Of a stretch of 64,000 nucleotides of DNA, positions 53,737-64,000 are shown piece by piece. Positions within the stretch are counted from its first letter, which is position 1. Every line of letters starts with the position of its first letter. The position numbers and the translations under genes are program-made. This stretch comes from Candidatus Eiseniibacteriota bacterium (GTDB lineage Bacteria; Eisenbacteria; RBG-16-71-46; CAVPCR01): positions 64,001 to 128,000 of the forward strand of contig CAWGMA010000004.1 of NCBI GenBank assembly GCA_963823555.1, read 5' to 3'. The notes beneath the pieces were generated by a model, which was not told where the DNA came from, made no database searches, and saw nothing but the letters and a program-made list of their open reading frames with translations.

Positions 53737-55254
53737 CTAGCCCTGTCCCGAGCCGCCCACCGTCATCGAGGCGATGCGGAGCGTGGGGGCCCCCGATGTC
53801 ACCGGCACCCACTGCCCCTTCCCGCAGGTCCCGTTCCAGAACTTCAGGTCTGGTCCGATGCGATCGATTCGCTTGAGGATCTCGGGCCCGTTGCCCACCA
53901 GGTTGGCGCCGCGCACCGGCGCGCCGATCTTGCCGTCCTCGATCTTGTAGGCCTCGAGCGTACCGAAGGTGAAGTTGCCGCTCGTCGTGTCCACCTCGCC
54001 GCCGCCGAGCGCTCGGGCATAGATCCCGCTCCTGGTCGAGCGGATGATCTCGTCCACATCGTCCTCGCCCTTGTCGAGATAGGTGTTGCTCATACGAACC
54101 AGCGGCGGGAAACGGTAGGATTGGCGGCGGCCGTTGCCGCTTCGCGGCAGCTCGAGGATCTGGGCCGACATGCGGTCGGTGAGGAACCCCTTGAGCACTC
54201 CCTTCTCGATCACCCGGTTCTCGACCGGGGGGACCCCTTCGTCGTCCACGTCGTACGAGCCGCGGAGGTCGGGGATGCCGCCCCAGTCGATGATGGTGAC
54301 GCGGTCGGAGCCGACGCTCTCACCGACCCGGCCCGCATAGAAGGACGTGCCACGAAAGACGCCGTCCCCCTCGAGCCCGTGGCCGATCGCCTCGTGGAAG
54401 AGGACGCCGCCGCCGGCGGCGAGGATGACGGGCATCTCACCCGCTGGAGCATCCACGGCATCGCACATGGCGACCGCCATGCGCGCCGCCTCGCGGGCCG
54501 CCTTGCCCGCCGCGTCATCGTTCATCTGCTCGGCTCCGAGGCGGAAGCTAACCCGCTCGGTGCCGTTGCCGCGCTTCCCGTTCTTGGCGGCGATGACATT
54601 GACGCGGAAGTAGAGGAGAGGTGCCGCATCCTCGATCCAGAGTCCGTCCGAGTTGACGACGGCGAAGCGCGTCATCTCGTCGGTGTGCTCGATCGTCACC
54701 TGCTGGACGGCGGGGTCGAAGGCCCGGGCTGCTTGGTCGGCGCGCTCGAGCCAGCTCACGCGCTCGTCCTCGGGCACCTCGTCGAAGGGGCGCTTGAAGC
54801 CGATGATCGGCGTGGGCGTGGTGATCGAGAACTCGATCGGCTTCTGAATGGCGTTGCCGGCGGCGATGGCCGCGGCGTTCCGTCCGGCGTCGACGAGCGG
54901 CTTCTCGTCGAAGGAGTCGGCGTAGGCGTATCCCGTGCGGTCGCCGTCGACGGCGCGCACCCCACCACCGGCGAACACGCCTTGCTCCACGGATTCGATG
55001 GCGCCGTCGGCCAGGGTGATCCGCGTGAGCGTGCTCTCCTGCAGGTAGAGATCGGCGAAGGCGGCGCCGCGCGAGCGCGCGGCGGCCAGGATGCGCTCCG
55101 CCGCCGCCCCGGTGAGCGGGAAACGGGAGCTGGCCGCGAGCGCCTCGCGGAGGCTGAGGAGACGGCCGAGGGGGGCGGCGGCGACCAGGCCCGCCGCGGC
55201 GCCGGCGAGTCCCAGGAAGCGCCGGCGAGGTAGCGCGGTGTCGAAGGAGATCAT
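53737..55254 (-). CDS. tldD: TldD metalloprotease with N-terminal Tat signal
   Basis: HEAIGHGLEGD, DDEG, GNGRRQSY, RMSNTY, CGKGQ.VPV; N-terminal PRRRFLGLAGAAAGLVAA. Confidence 0.92.
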   Translation of the reverse strand: MISFDTALPRRRFLGLAGAAAGLVAAAPLGRLLSLREALAASSRFPLTGAAAERILAAARSRGAAFADLYLQESTLTRITLADGAIESVEQGVFAGGGVRAVDGDRTGYAYADSFDEKPLVDAGRNAAAIAAGNAIQKPIEFSITTPTPIIGFKRPFDEVPEDERVSWLERADQAARAFDPAVQQVTIEHTDEMTRFAVVNSDGLWIEDAAPLLYFRVNVIAAKNGKRGNGTERVSFRLGAEQMNDDAAGKAAREAARMAVAMCDAVDAPAGEMPVILAAGGGVLFHEAIGHGLEGDGVFRGTSFYAGRVGESVGSDRVTIIDWGGIPDLRGSYDVDDEGVPPVENRVIEKGVLKGFLTDRMSAQILELPRSGNGRRQSYRFPPLVRMSNTYLDKGEDDVDEIIRSTRSGIYARALGGGEVDTTSGNFTFGTLEAYKIEDGKIGAPVRGANLVGNGPEILKRIDRIGPDLKFWNGTCGKGQWVPVTSGAPTLRIASMTVGGSGQG

Positions 55255-55452
55255 CCTGCCTCCTTGCTCGGCCCGCTTGGGGCCGGGGGTGTCCAGGAGC
55301 GGAGCCTAACACGATCCCAGCGGAAGGGACGCGTCCCTTCGCTCCGGCGCCGGGTCGGTGAACGCCAGCCCGGGTGCTATCATCAAGGCACAGCTTGCCG
55401 CTTCGCCGCGCGCGGACCGCCGCGCCACCGTGTCGACCGGAGGGTCCAAATC

Positions 55453-56994
55453 ATGCGCCACCGCCTGCTGTCCGTTCTCCTCGGTCTGGTCCTGATTCAT
55501 GTCGCGAGTCCCTTCGCCGGCGCCGATGACTGGACGACCCCCGTCGGCAAGAACTCGGCGCGCAACGGGCTTTCCGCCGAGTTCGGGCCCACCGACCCCA
55601 CCATCCTCTGGCAGGGGAGCCGTTCGTCGCTCATCGCCCAGCAGGGGTGCGCGGCCGGGGATCTCCTGGTGGTCAATCGCATCCAGTCCTTCACCATCCC
55701 CACCGGTACCTATCTCGTGGCGCACGATCTCACGACCGGCGCCGAGCGGTGGGCGGTGCAGCTGCCCTACGATCCGCTCGCTCCCGGCCATCGTTCCAAG
55801 GTGACCGGCATCCGTGATGGACATGTCTACGCCACGCGCGCCGGAGACACCCGGCTCGACTACCTCTACGCCCTCGACCCGGCGGACGGTTCGATCATCT
55901 GGAGGTCGGCGGAGAAGATCGACGAGTCGACCACCGAGAGCGTGGCCTATGCGGACGATGGCGATCTCATCGTCGGCAATTACAGCTCACTCCGCCGCAT
56001 CGAGATGACCGACGGCTCGACGGTGTGGTCGACCCCGCGCACGAGCCCGACCACCGACGGCAGCTCGGCCGCCGTCTTCGGCAACCGCGCCTACATCTGG
56101 GAGGCCAGCGGCACGGGGCCCAAGGTGTCGGCATTCGATCTCGCCACCGGCCAGCGCTTGTACCAGAGCGCGGGGTTCGGCGGTCTCGTCCAGCAGCTCG
56201 GGCTGTTCGTCGGTCCCGATGGCACGGTCTACGCGCCCCGCACGCAGAACAACGCCGCCACCGACTTCCTGATCGCGCTCGAGGATGACGGGAGCTCACT
56301 CACCGAGAAGTGGCGAGTGCCGCTGGGCTATGTCCCCTTTGCCTCCTTTGCCATCGGCCCGGACGGCACGATCTACAGCTACACACCGCAGAATGAGATC
56401 GTGCGCCTCGCCCCGGAGACGGGAGATGTTCTCAACACATCGGCCGTGTTCCCGGCCAACGCTCCGGTGCAGCCGCGCCTGGCGCTCGATGCCGACGGCC
56501 GGGTCTATTTCACGAACGGGGGATTCAGCCAGGGCCGGTTCATCAGCTACAACGCTGACCTCACTGAACGCTGGTCGCTGAACGTGACCAACGTGAATCT
56601 CGGCGGCCCGGTGATCGGATCCGGCGGGATTCTCGTCGTCTGCGGCGTCGGCACCGACGTCCGCGCCTTCCGCACGCCCGTTGCCGACGTGGCGACCGGC
56701 CCCGACGTGCCACTCCGCTTCACGCTCGGCCAGAACAGCCCGAACCCGTTCAATCCCGCCACCGAGATTCCCTTCCGGCTAAGCGGTCCGGCTGCGGTCA
56801 CGCTCGAGATCCTCGATGCACAGGGCCGCCGGGTAGCGACACTCATCAACGCCGAAATGAGGGAAGGGGGTCCGCACATGGCCACGTGGAGCGGTCGAGA
56901 CCTTGGCGGGGTGGCCGTCAGCTCCGGCGTCTACTTCTATCGGCTCGATGCGGGGGGCGAGACGGCGACACGCAAGATGCTGCTCGTGAAGTAG
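55453..56994 (+). CDS. Secreted PQQ-like beta-propeller protein with FlgD-Ig C-terminus
   Basis: Repeated A.D..TG...W motifs; QNSPNPFNP...SGVYFYRL. Confidence 0.78.
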   Translation: MRHRLLSVLLGLVLIHVASPFAGADDWTTPVGKNSARNGLSAEFGPTDPTILWQGSRSSLIAQQGCAAGDLLVVNRIQSFTIPTGTYLVAHDLTTGAERWAVQLPYDPLAPGHRSKVTGIRDGHVYATRAGDTRLDYLYALDPADGSIIWRSAEKIDESTTESVAYADDGDLIVGNYSSLRRIEMTDGSTVWSTPRTSPTTDGSSAAVFGNRAYIWEASGTGPKVSAFDLATGQRLYQSAGFGGLVQQLGLFVGPDGTVYAPRTQNNAATDFLIALEDDGSSLTEKWRVPLGYVPFASFAIGPDGTIYSYTPQNEIVRLAPETGDVLNTSAVFPANAPVQPRLALDADGRVYFTNGGFSQGRFISYNADLTERWSLNVTNVNLGGPVIGSGGILVVCGVGTDVRAFRTPVADVATGPDVPLRFTLGQNSPNPFNPATEIPFRLSGPAAVTLEILDAQGRRVATLINAEMREGGPHMATWSGRDLGGVAVSSGVYFYRLDAGGETATRKMLLVK

Positions 56995-57023
56995 CGGCCG
57001 CCATCGACAGCGCAAGCGACGGG

Positions 57024-57046
57024 CGCCGGCGAGGGTCTCGCCGGCG
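57024..57046 (+). terminator. Hairpin downstream of the propeller gene
   Basis: CGCCGGCGAG-ggt-CTCGCCGGCG 10-bp stem with no clear U tract. Confidence 0.4.
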
Positions 57047-57164
57047 GAGCGCTTGGGCTCTTGCATCCTTCGGCGGTCGCCGGCGCCGGCGGTGTCTGAG
57101 CCTGAGAGGCCCGCGCCAAGCCCGGCGCTTCCCCGACACCGGCGTGGCCACCCCCGCCGCACGC

Positions 57165-57193
57165 TTGCGCCCCCCGCGGCCCGCGGCTAGAAT
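57165..57193 (+). promoter_or_regulatory. Putative sigma70 promoter of sdhCAB
   Basis: TTGCGC-17 nt-TAGAAT. Confidence 0.55.
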
Positions 57194-57241
57194 CCGCGGC
57201 TCCTCCTCCGCACTCGATCCCAAGTCTCGGGAGATGCGTGA

Positions 57242-57904
57242 ATGACCAGCGCGGTGCTCACCTTCGAGTCCTCGGTCGGCCGCAAGTTGGTGATGGCCCT
57301 GACCGGCATCCTCCTCTTCGGCTTTGTTCTCGGGCATATGATCGGGAACCTCCAGATCTATCTCGGGCCGGAAGCGATCAACCACTACGGCGAATTCCTG
57401 CGCGAGCTGGGGCACGGCGGCGCGATCTGGGTGGCGCGGCTCGTGCTGCTTGCCGCCGTCGGGCTCCACATCTGGGCGGCGATCACCCTCGCCCTCGAGA
57501 ATCGCGCCGCGCGCCCGCAGCGCTATCGCCGTCTGGGCTACGAGGCCTCCGACTACGCTTCGCGCACCATGATCTGGAGCGGTCCCCTGCTCGCCATCTT
57601 CGTCGTCTACCATCTCCTCCATTTCACGATCGGCTCGGTGCACCACGACTTCATCCCCGGCGATGTCTACCACAACGTCATCGCCGGGTTCCGTGTCTGG
57701 CCGGTGTCCGTCTTCTACATCGTCTGCATGCTGGCGTTGGGATTCCATATGGTCCACGGCTTGTGGAGCATGCTGCAGACCATCGGCTTCAGCCACCCGC
57801 GCTACAACGCCTGGCGCCGCACCTTCGCCGTCATCTTCACTCTCGTCGTCGTCGTCGGGAACATCTCGATCCCGGTCAGCGTGCTGACCGGTGTCATCCG
57901 CTAG
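57242..57904 (+). CDS. sdhC: Succinate dehydrogenase/fumarate reductase cytochrome b subunit (single, diheme type)
   Basis: [20 protein letters not shown], about 5 TM segments with His ligands. Confidence 0.9.
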   Translation: MTSAVLTFESSVGRKLVMALTGILLFGFVLGHMIGNLQIYLGPEAINHYGEFLRELGHGGAIWVARLVLLAAVGLHIWAAITLALENRAARPQRYRRLGYEASDYASRTMIWSGPLLAIFVVYHLLHFTIGSVHHDFIPGDVYHNVIAGFRVWPVSVFYIVCMLALGFHMVHGLWSMLQTIGFSHPRYNAWRRTFAVIFTLVVVVGNISIPVSVLTGVIR

Positions 57905-57969
57905 CGCTGGGCCGGGCCCTCGGGCGTCGCGCCGCGCGGTTCCGGTTCACAGGGAGACGGTCAAGCGTC

Positions 57970-59883
57970 ATGGAACTCAAATCCAACGTCCCGGCAGGAC
58001 CGATCGCGGAGAAGTGGGATCGCCATCGCTTCGAGATGAAGCTGGTGAATCCCGCCAACAAGCGGAAGTACTCGGCGATCGTGGTCGGTACCGGACTGGC
58101 GGGGGCCTCGGCGGCCGCTACCATGGCCGAGCTCGGCTACCGGGTTCGCGCCTTCTGCTACCAGGACTCGCCCCGCCGCGCCCACTCGATCGCCGCCCAG
58201 GGGGGGATCAATGCTGCCAAGAACTACCAGAACGACGGCGATTCGATCTTCCGGCTGTTCTACGACACGGTGAAGGGGGGGGACTTTCGCGCGCGCGAGG
58301 CCAACGTCTACCGTCTGGCCCAGGTTAGCGTCAACATCATCGACCAGTGCGTGGCCCAGGGTGTTCCGTTCGCCCGCGAGTATGGCGGCACACTCGCCAA
58401 TCGCTCCTTCGGTGGCGCCCAGGTCTCACGCACGTTCTATGCCCGAGGCCAGACCGGGCAGCAGCTCCTCCTCGGCGCCTATCAGGCGCTCTCGCGCCAG
58501 ATCGGGCTCGGCAAGGTCCAGATGGCCAGCCGTCATGAGATCCTGGATCTGATTCTCGTCGCGGGCCGGGCCCGCGGCGTCGTCGCCCGCGACATGGTGA
58601 GCGGCAAGCTCGAGATCCACCTCGCCGATGCGGTCGTTCTCGCCACCGGCGGCTATGGCAACGTCTTCCACCTGGCCACCTACGCCAAGGGCTGCAACAC
58701 GACCGCCATCTGGCGCGCCTACAAGCGCGGGGCGGCCTTCGCCAATCCCTGCTTCACGCAGATTCATCCCACCTGCATTCCGGTCAAGGGCGACTACCAG
58801 TCCAAGCTGACCCTGATGAGCGAATCGCTGCGCAACGACGGTCGGGTGTGGGTGCCCAAGCAGAAGGGAGACCGGCGAGCGCCCGGCCAGATCCCCGAGG
58901 CCGAGCGCGATTACTACCTCGAGCGCAAGTATCCGAGCTTCGGCAATCTCGCCCCGCGGGACATCTCCTCGCGCGCAGCCAAGCAGGTCTGCGATGAAGG
59001 CCGGGGGGTCGGGGAGTCGGGCCTGGGGGTCTATCTCGACTTCGCCGATTCCATCGCGCGTCTCGGGCAGAAGACGATCGCAGAGAAGTACGGGAACCTC
59101 TTCGAGATGTATGAGCGCATCACGGACGAGGATCCCTATCATGTACCGATGCGCATCTTCCCGGCGAGCCATTACACGATGGGCGGATTGTGGGTGGACT
59201 ACAACTTGATGAGCACCATTCCCGGCCTGTTCGTGATCGGCGAGGCCAATTTCTCCGACCACGGCGCCAACCGGCTGGGTGCCAGCGCACTCATGCAGGG
59301 GCTCGCCGACGGCTACTTCGTCATTCCCTACACGCTCGGCAATTACTTTGCTTCGAACCAGTTCGAGAACATCGAGGAATCGCACCCGGCCTGCCGCGAG
59401 GCGCTGGCCGTCGTCGAGACCAGGATCAAACGTCTGCTCACGGTGAAGGGCAAGCGGACGGTGGACACCTTCCACCGCGAGCTCGGCAAGATCATGTGGG
59501 AGCACTGCGGCATGGCACGCAATGAGGTGGGCCTGGAGGCCGCGCTGGCCAAGATCCCGGCGCTGCGCGCCGAGTTCTGGCGGGATGTCCGCGTCCTCGG
59601 TCGCGGCGACGAGCTCAACCAGTCCCTGGAGAAGGCGGGTCGGGTCGCCGACTTTCTCGAGCTCGCCGAGCTCATGTGCCGGGATGCCCTCGAGCGCCGC
59701 GAATCATGCGGCGGACACTTCCGCGAGGAGTATCAGACCTCCGACGGTGAGGCCTGGCGCAACGACGACGAATTCTGCCATGTGGCCGCCTGGGAATACC
59801 AAGGCGAGGACAACGTTCCGAAACGACACCTTGAGCCGCTGACTTTCGAGAACGTCCCCCTGCAGCAGCGGAGCTACAAGTGA
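57970..59883 (+). CDS. sdhA: Succinate dehydrogenase/fumarate reductase flavoprotein
   Basis: [37 protein letters not shown]. Confidence 0.95.
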   Translation: MELKSNVPAGPIAEKWDRHRFEMKLVNPANKRKYSAIVVGTGLAGASAAATMAELGYRVRAFCYQDSPRRAHSIAAQGGINAAKNYQNDGDSIFRLFYDTVKGGDFRAREANVYRLAQVSVNIIDQCVAQGVPFAREYGGTLANRSFGGAQVSRTFYARGQTGQQLLLGAYQALSRQIGLGKVQMASRHEILDLILVAGRARGVVARDMVSGKLEIHLADAVVLATGGYGNVFHLATYAKGCNTTAIWRAYKRGAAFANPCFTQIHPTCIPVKGDYQSKLTLMSESLRNDGRVWVPKQKGDRRAPGQIPEAERDYYLERKYPSFGNLAPRDISSRAAKQVCDEGRGVGESGLGVYLDFADSIARLGQKTIAEKYGNLFEMYERITDEDPYHVPMRIFPASHYTMGGLWVDYNLMSTIPGLFVIGEANFSDHGANRLGASALMQGLADGYFVIPYTLGNYFASNQFENIEESHPACREALAVVETRIKRLLTVKGKRTVDTFHRELGKIMWEHCGMARNEVGLEAALAKIPALRAEFWRDVRVLGRGDELNQSLEKAGRVADFLELAELMCRDALERRESCGGHFREEYQTSDGEAWRNDDEFCHVAAWEYQGEDNVPKRHLEPLTFENVPLQQRSYK

Positions 59884-60662
59884 TGAACTTGACGCTACAC
59901 GTCTGGCGGCAATCGAGCCCGGAGGATCAGGGTCGCTTCGTCACCTATGGGGCGCGGGACGTGAGCCCGCACATGTCCTTTCTCGAGATGCTCGATGTCG
60001 TCAACGAGGGGCTCATCGCTCAGGGCGAGGAGCCCATTGCGTTCGACCATGATTGCCGCGAGGGGATCTGCGGCACCTGTGGCATGGTGGTGAACGGTCG
60101 ACCGCACGGGCCGCGACGGCTTACCACCACCTGTCAGCTCCACATGCGCAGCTTCGAGGATGGGGACGAGCTCTGGGTCGAGCCGTGGCGCGCCCGCGCC
60201 TTCCCGGTGATCAAGGATCTCGTGGTCGACCGCGGCGCCTTCGATCACATCATCCAGGCCGGCGGTTTCATCTCCGTGCCCACCGGCAGCGGTCCGGACG
60301 GCAATGCCATCCCCATCCGCAAGGAGAACGCCGATCTGGCGATGGACGCTGCCGCCTGCATCGGTTGTGGAGCCTGCGTGGCTGCTTGTCCCAACGCCTC
60401 GGCCATGCTCTTCACGGCGGCCAAGATCTCGCACCTCGGGCTCCTGCCCCAGGGCCAGCCCGAGCGCAACGAACGTGCGCTCAGTATGGTGGCGGCCATG
60501 GACGCCGCCGGATTCGGTAGCTGCACCAATCATGGCGAGTGTGAAGCCGCCTGCCCGAAGGGCGTCAGCCTCGAGTTCATCGCCCGGCTGAACCGCGACT
60601 TTCTGAAGGCAGCCCTCACTTCCCGTGGCGAGTCGACCGCAGAGGCCGGCGGAGCGGGCTGA
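59883..60662 (+). CDS. sdhB: Succinate dehydrogenase/fumarate reductase Fe-S subunit
   Basis: [36 protein letters not shown]. Confidence 0.95.
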   Translation: MNLTLHVWRQSSPEDQGRFVTYGARDVSPHMSFLEMLDVVNEGLIAQGEEPIAFDHDCREGICGTCGMVVNGRPHGPRRLTTTCQLHMRSFEDGDELWVEPWRARAFPVIKDLVVDRGAFDHIIQAGGFISVPTGSGPDGNAIPIRKENADLAMDAAACIGCGACVAACPNASAMLFTAAKISHLGLLPQGQPERNERALSMVAAMDAAGFGSCTNHGECEAACPKGVSLEFIARLNRDFLKAALTSRGESTAEAGGAG

Positions 60663-60670
60663 GGCCTTCG

Positions 60671-61381
60671 TTACAAGCTCGCGACATGCTCGAAGAGCGG
60701 CGCGAGGAGCTGCATGGTGGTCCTCAGGCCGGTGAACAGCGTCGAGATCTCGTAGGCAACGAGAAAGGTCACCGCGTAGAAGACAGCGGGTTGCCGGCGG
60801 AGGCAGTAGAAGACGGGGCGCGCCAGCCGGGGGCGAATTCGCTCGCGCGTGAAGCCGGCCACGATCCCGATGCCGATCATACCGCCGATCACGATGTCAC
60901 TTGGATAATGCAGGCCGAGATAGACACGGAGCAAGCAAGCCACGACGAGGACATAGGCGAGAGTGAAGAGCCCGAGGCGGCGAGAGATGAGCAGGATACC
61001 CGCGGCCAGGCCCAGAAAGAGCGCGGCATGGTCACTGGGAAAGGCGCTCCAGGACTCGAGGCTGGTGCGGGTGAGGCCGTACGGGCTCACGAAGTCGATG
61101 GTGGGATCGGCGATCGGGCGGGCGCGAAAGGGCAGCGTGAGGGCGAGCAATCGGGTTGCGACGAGGGCAACCAGGCAGCCGGCGACCGTGGCAATCACGA
61201 GCTCCCTGTCGGTGCGGTGCCTGCGCCCCGGCCGGAACCACGCCCAGGAGAGCAGGGATACGACCAGTCCCCCCTTCAGGATATCGGTCTTGGCGAAGAG
61301 CACCGCCAGCTGATCCAGGGTCCAGGAATGCTGGGCGAAGTGATTCAGCCACAAGACGATATCGTGGTCGATCTGGTACAT
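60671..61381 (-). CDS. PAP2 family phosphatase
   Basis: RARP, FPSDH, RVYLGLHYPSD. Confidence 0.85.
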   Translation of the reverse strand: MYQIDHDIVLWLNHFAQHSWTLDQLAVLFAKTDILKGGLVVSLLSWAWFRPGRRHRTDRELVIATVAGCLVALVATRLLALTLPFRARPIADPTIDFVSPYGLTRTSLESWSAFPSDHAALFLGLAAGILLISRRLGLFTLAYVLVVACLLRVYLGLHYPSDIVIGGMIGIGIVAGFTRERIRPRLARPVFYCLRRQPAVFYAVTFLVAYEISTLFTGLRTTMQLLAPLFEHVASL

Positions 61382-61464
61382 ATGGGCTCCGGGTCTCGTC
61401 CTCAGTCATATATCTGCCGGTTTGGGAGGCATCCTTAGCGTCGGCGCGGCCGCTTGCCGCGGCA

Positions 61465-61493
61465 TTGACGGCGTGCCGGGCAATGTCTAAGCT
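61465..61493 (+). promoter_or_regulatory. Putative sigma70 promoter
   Basis: TTGACG-17 nt-TAAGCT. Confidence 0.5.
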
Positions 61494-61601
61494 CACCCGC
61501 CGATCGACAAACCGCGAATCGCGATCGCCGGGGCGTCGCTCTGAATAGCTTGATGCCTTGGTATCGACGCACTGAGTTCGTTGCTCAGGGAGGTGTCCGA
61601 C

Positions 61602-62084
61602 ATGAAGCTCAAGGGAATGATCTTCTCCATCCTGGCGCTCCTCGTGGTGACGGCCGTCGGGGCCCAGGAGGGGACCGGGGACGTCAAGGCCGCCGTGGAG
61701 CTGACCCGGCAGATGATCCAGACCGAACGCCAGGCCATCGTGGCGGCCAACATGGATCTCACCGAGGCCGAGAGCGAGGCCTTCTGGCCGGTTTATCGCG
61801 AATACCGGGATTCCATGGCCAAGGTCGGTGATCGCCAGGCGGCCTTGATCATGGATTACGCCAAGAGCTACGAGACCATGACCGACCTCCAGGCCGAGGA
61901 GATGGTCAAGGAGATGCTCGACATCCGGAAGAAGGAGCTCTCGGTTCGCGGCGATTACGTCAAGAAGATGGGCAAGGTGCTGCCACCCAAGAAGGTGGCG
62001 CGCTTCTTCCAGATCGAGAACAAGCTCGATTCAGTGATTCAGTACGAGCTGGCCAGCGAGATCCCGCTGGTCAAGACCAAGTAG
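61602..62084 (+). CDS. Secreted helical hypothetical protein
   Basis: GGAGG RBS, signal peptide, MDLTEAESEAFWPVYREY, ARFFQIENK. Confidence 0.75.
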   Translation: MKLKGMIFSILALLVVTAVGAQEGTGDVKAAVELTRQMIQTERQAIVAANMDLTEAESEAFWPVYREYRDSMAKVGDRQAALIMDYAKSYETMTDLQAEEMVKEMLDIRKKELSVRGDYVKKMGKVLPPKKVARFFQIENKLDSVIQYELASEIPLVKTK

Positions 62085-62289
62085 CGATTGTAGGTCTCAG
62101 GCAGGCCTGGAGAGGGCGCGCCGGGCGAAATCCCCCGGGAAACCGGCCGGCCGGCTCCGTAAGCAGTTGATTGACAACAAATTGCGGTGCTTGACAAGCC
62201 GCGATGTTTCGTATCAGCTTACGCGCCGATCGGTCGTCCGAACCCGTCGCCCAGGCGACGCCTGACTGAAGGGAGGAGGATTCCTAGCA

Positions 62290-63766
62290 ATGAATTTGCG
62301 CCGGATTCTGATGCTGGCTGTGCTGGCGAGCTGTCTTTGGCTCGGCGCGGCACAGGCGGAAGTAGCCGGGTTCCATCTCGGTCTGACCCCCTACGTCGGA
62401 TACGCCGACTGGGACGAGCAGGCAAAACTTGGCAGTGACACTCTCTTTCCAGGGAACGAAGACGGCTTTCCCAAGAACGCCGTCGTCTATGGCGGCCGGC
62501 TCGCCATCTACTTGAATTCCTGGCTCGGTGTCGAAGGTCACTACGGCCTTAGCCCCACCGAGCTCGCCAGGCAAGATCTGCCCAACGACCTCGACGTTTA
62601 CCCCTATGGCGCTGATCTGATCATCAACCTGGCGCCCGGGGCCCGCGTGGTTCCCTTCTTCGTCGGCGGCTGGTGCGAGGCCAAGGTCAAGTCCGACTTT
62701 GCCGTGCCCGGCGGGCCGGACGAGTTCGAGCGGACGCTCAATGGCTGGGAAGTCGGTGGCGGTCTCAAGTTCATGCTCAACAACCGCATCTACCTCCGCA
62801 CCGAGTTCCGCGACATGATGCTCGACAACATCCCCGAGGGGAACGACGACCTGCGGCACAACTTCCTGTACACGGCCGGGGTCGAGTTCGACATCTTCGG
62901 CCACGTGCCGGATGACGACGGCGATGGCATCGTCAACCGCAACGACAAGTGCCCGGGCACGCCGCTCGGTGCGACTGTCGACAAGGACGGCTGCCCGATG
63001 GATTCGGACGGCGACGGTGTCTTCGACGGCATCGACCAGTGCCCGAACACGCCGACCGGTGCCAAGGTCGACGCCAAGGGCTGCCCGACGGATTCGGACG
63101 CCGACGGCGTCGTCGACGGCGTCGATCAGTGCGCCGAGCACTCCGAGGGGTGCACGGTCGACACCAAGCGGCTGCCCGATCGACGGTGACGATGACGGCG
63201 TCTGCGACGGCCTCGATCAGTGCCCGGACTCGCCTGCCGGTGCCACGGTCGATGCCAGCGGTTGCCCGACGGATTCGGACGGCGATGGCGTCCCGGACGG
63301 CATCGACCAGTGCCCGAACACGCCGGCCGGCGCCACGGTCGATGCACGCGGTTGCCAGCCGATGGAGACCATGATCCTCGACACCGGTCTCATCCGCCTC
63401 GGCAACGTCAACTTCGACACGGGCAAGGCCACGATCAAGGCGGAGTCGCTGCCGGTTCTCGACCAGGTCGGCAAGATCCTGGTCACTGGCCGCAGCTGCA
63501 AGATCGAGATCGGTGGTCACACCGACTCGTCCGGTTCCGACGCTCTGAACCAGAGGCTGTCGGAGCAGCGGGCGCAGTCGGTGAAGGACTACCTGGTCAA
63601 GACCTTCGCGGATCTGAAGGGCGACCAGTACACGGTCGTGGGCTACGGCGAAGGCCAGCCGATCGCGGACAACAAGACCAAGGAAGGCAAGGCCCAGAAC
63701 CGCCGTGTCGAGTTCAAGGTGCTCAACACCGAGGTCCTCAAGAAGCAAGTCGAGCCTGGCAAGTAG
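62290..63766 (+). CDS. OmpA-family protein: beta-barrel + thrombospondin type-3 repeats + OmpA C-terminal domain; frameshift(s) near 63135-63175
   Basis: Signal peptide, barrel strands, DxDGDGV.D..DQCP repeats, VNFDTGKA, GHTD, NQRLSEQRA, NRRVEF. Confidence 0.88.
62911..63361 (+). repeat. Five tandem ~90-bp coding repeats (TSP3-like)
   Basis: Units start at 62911, 63001, 63091, 63182 and 63272. Confidence 0.85.
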
Positions 63767-63810
63767 ACCGGGCTGAACCGTCGGCTTCGCCGCGGCGAAG
63801 CCGGTGAACG

Positions 63811-63856
63811 AAAGAGCGGCGCGTGGGGCACAGGCCCCGCGCGCCGCTCGCTTTTT
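63811..63856 (+). terminator. Intrinsic terminator after the OmpA gene
   Basis: GAGCGGCGCGTGGGGC-acag-GCCCCGCGCGCCGCTC then GCTTTTT; a second hairpin CGGCTTCGCC/GGCGAAGCCG lies just upstream. Confidence 0.75.
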
Positions 63857-64000
63857 GGGGTGAGATGGCGGGCGAAAGCCCCCAACGGTGCCGGTTGGCG
63901 CGATCATTCCGCCGTTTTGAGCACGCGCGGCTCAAGCTGGCATCCTCGAGCATCGATGAACGAAGAGGAGGTCGTCCCTCCGCCCGGCCCGGGCGTGGCC

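Noticed and set aside
62911..63361. Regularly spaced repeats as a CRISPR array
   Set aside because: They are in-frame coding repeats without unique spacers, and no cas genes are present

Overview
GC-rich bacterial window of about 50 genes. Several secreted proteins end in FlgD-Ig-like domains and one ends in a TWGxVK motif, which suggests an Eisenbacteria/Latescibacteria/Krumholzibacteria-like lineage (inference only). Main result: a ~12.6 kb predicted operon (1438-14044) joins a Cys-tailed MarR regulator and a four-subunit 2-oxoacid:ferredoxin oxidoreductase (korDABC-like) to a heterodisulfide-reductase-like cluster (hdrA1, mvhD, hdrD-like, hdrA2-mvhD, Zn-ribbon, hdrC-hdrB), with no hydrogenase, formate dehydrogenase or Flx genes in the window. 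The ORF track splits both hdrA genes at an in-frame TGA. Each TGA sits at the conserved Cys of the DKTxPTMDCSI[C]ILxP motif and is followed after a 20-nt spacer by the same GGTC-loop hairpin with a compensatory base-pair change, so both are most likely selenoproteins with bacterial SECIS elements. HdrA1 is a rearranged two-FAD-module protein. Converging on this operon are an orphan gamma subunit gene and a divergent GlnE-like double nucleotidyltransferase. The rest includes secreted peptidases (M36/M4-like, S8, M1), PLD, a TrkA-C/antiporter/PTS-IIA fusion, aspC-pckA, a Rieske plus cytochrome b-9-heme fusion with a 5-heme cytochrome, a ~4.3 kb insertion flanked by a diverged duplication of a gene 3' end, a Tat-signal TldD with PmbA, sdhCAB and an OmpA/TSP3 protein. 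Many frameshifts, concentrated at 11.4-17.3 kb, look like sequencing indels. No rRNA, tRNA or CRISPR array was recognised.
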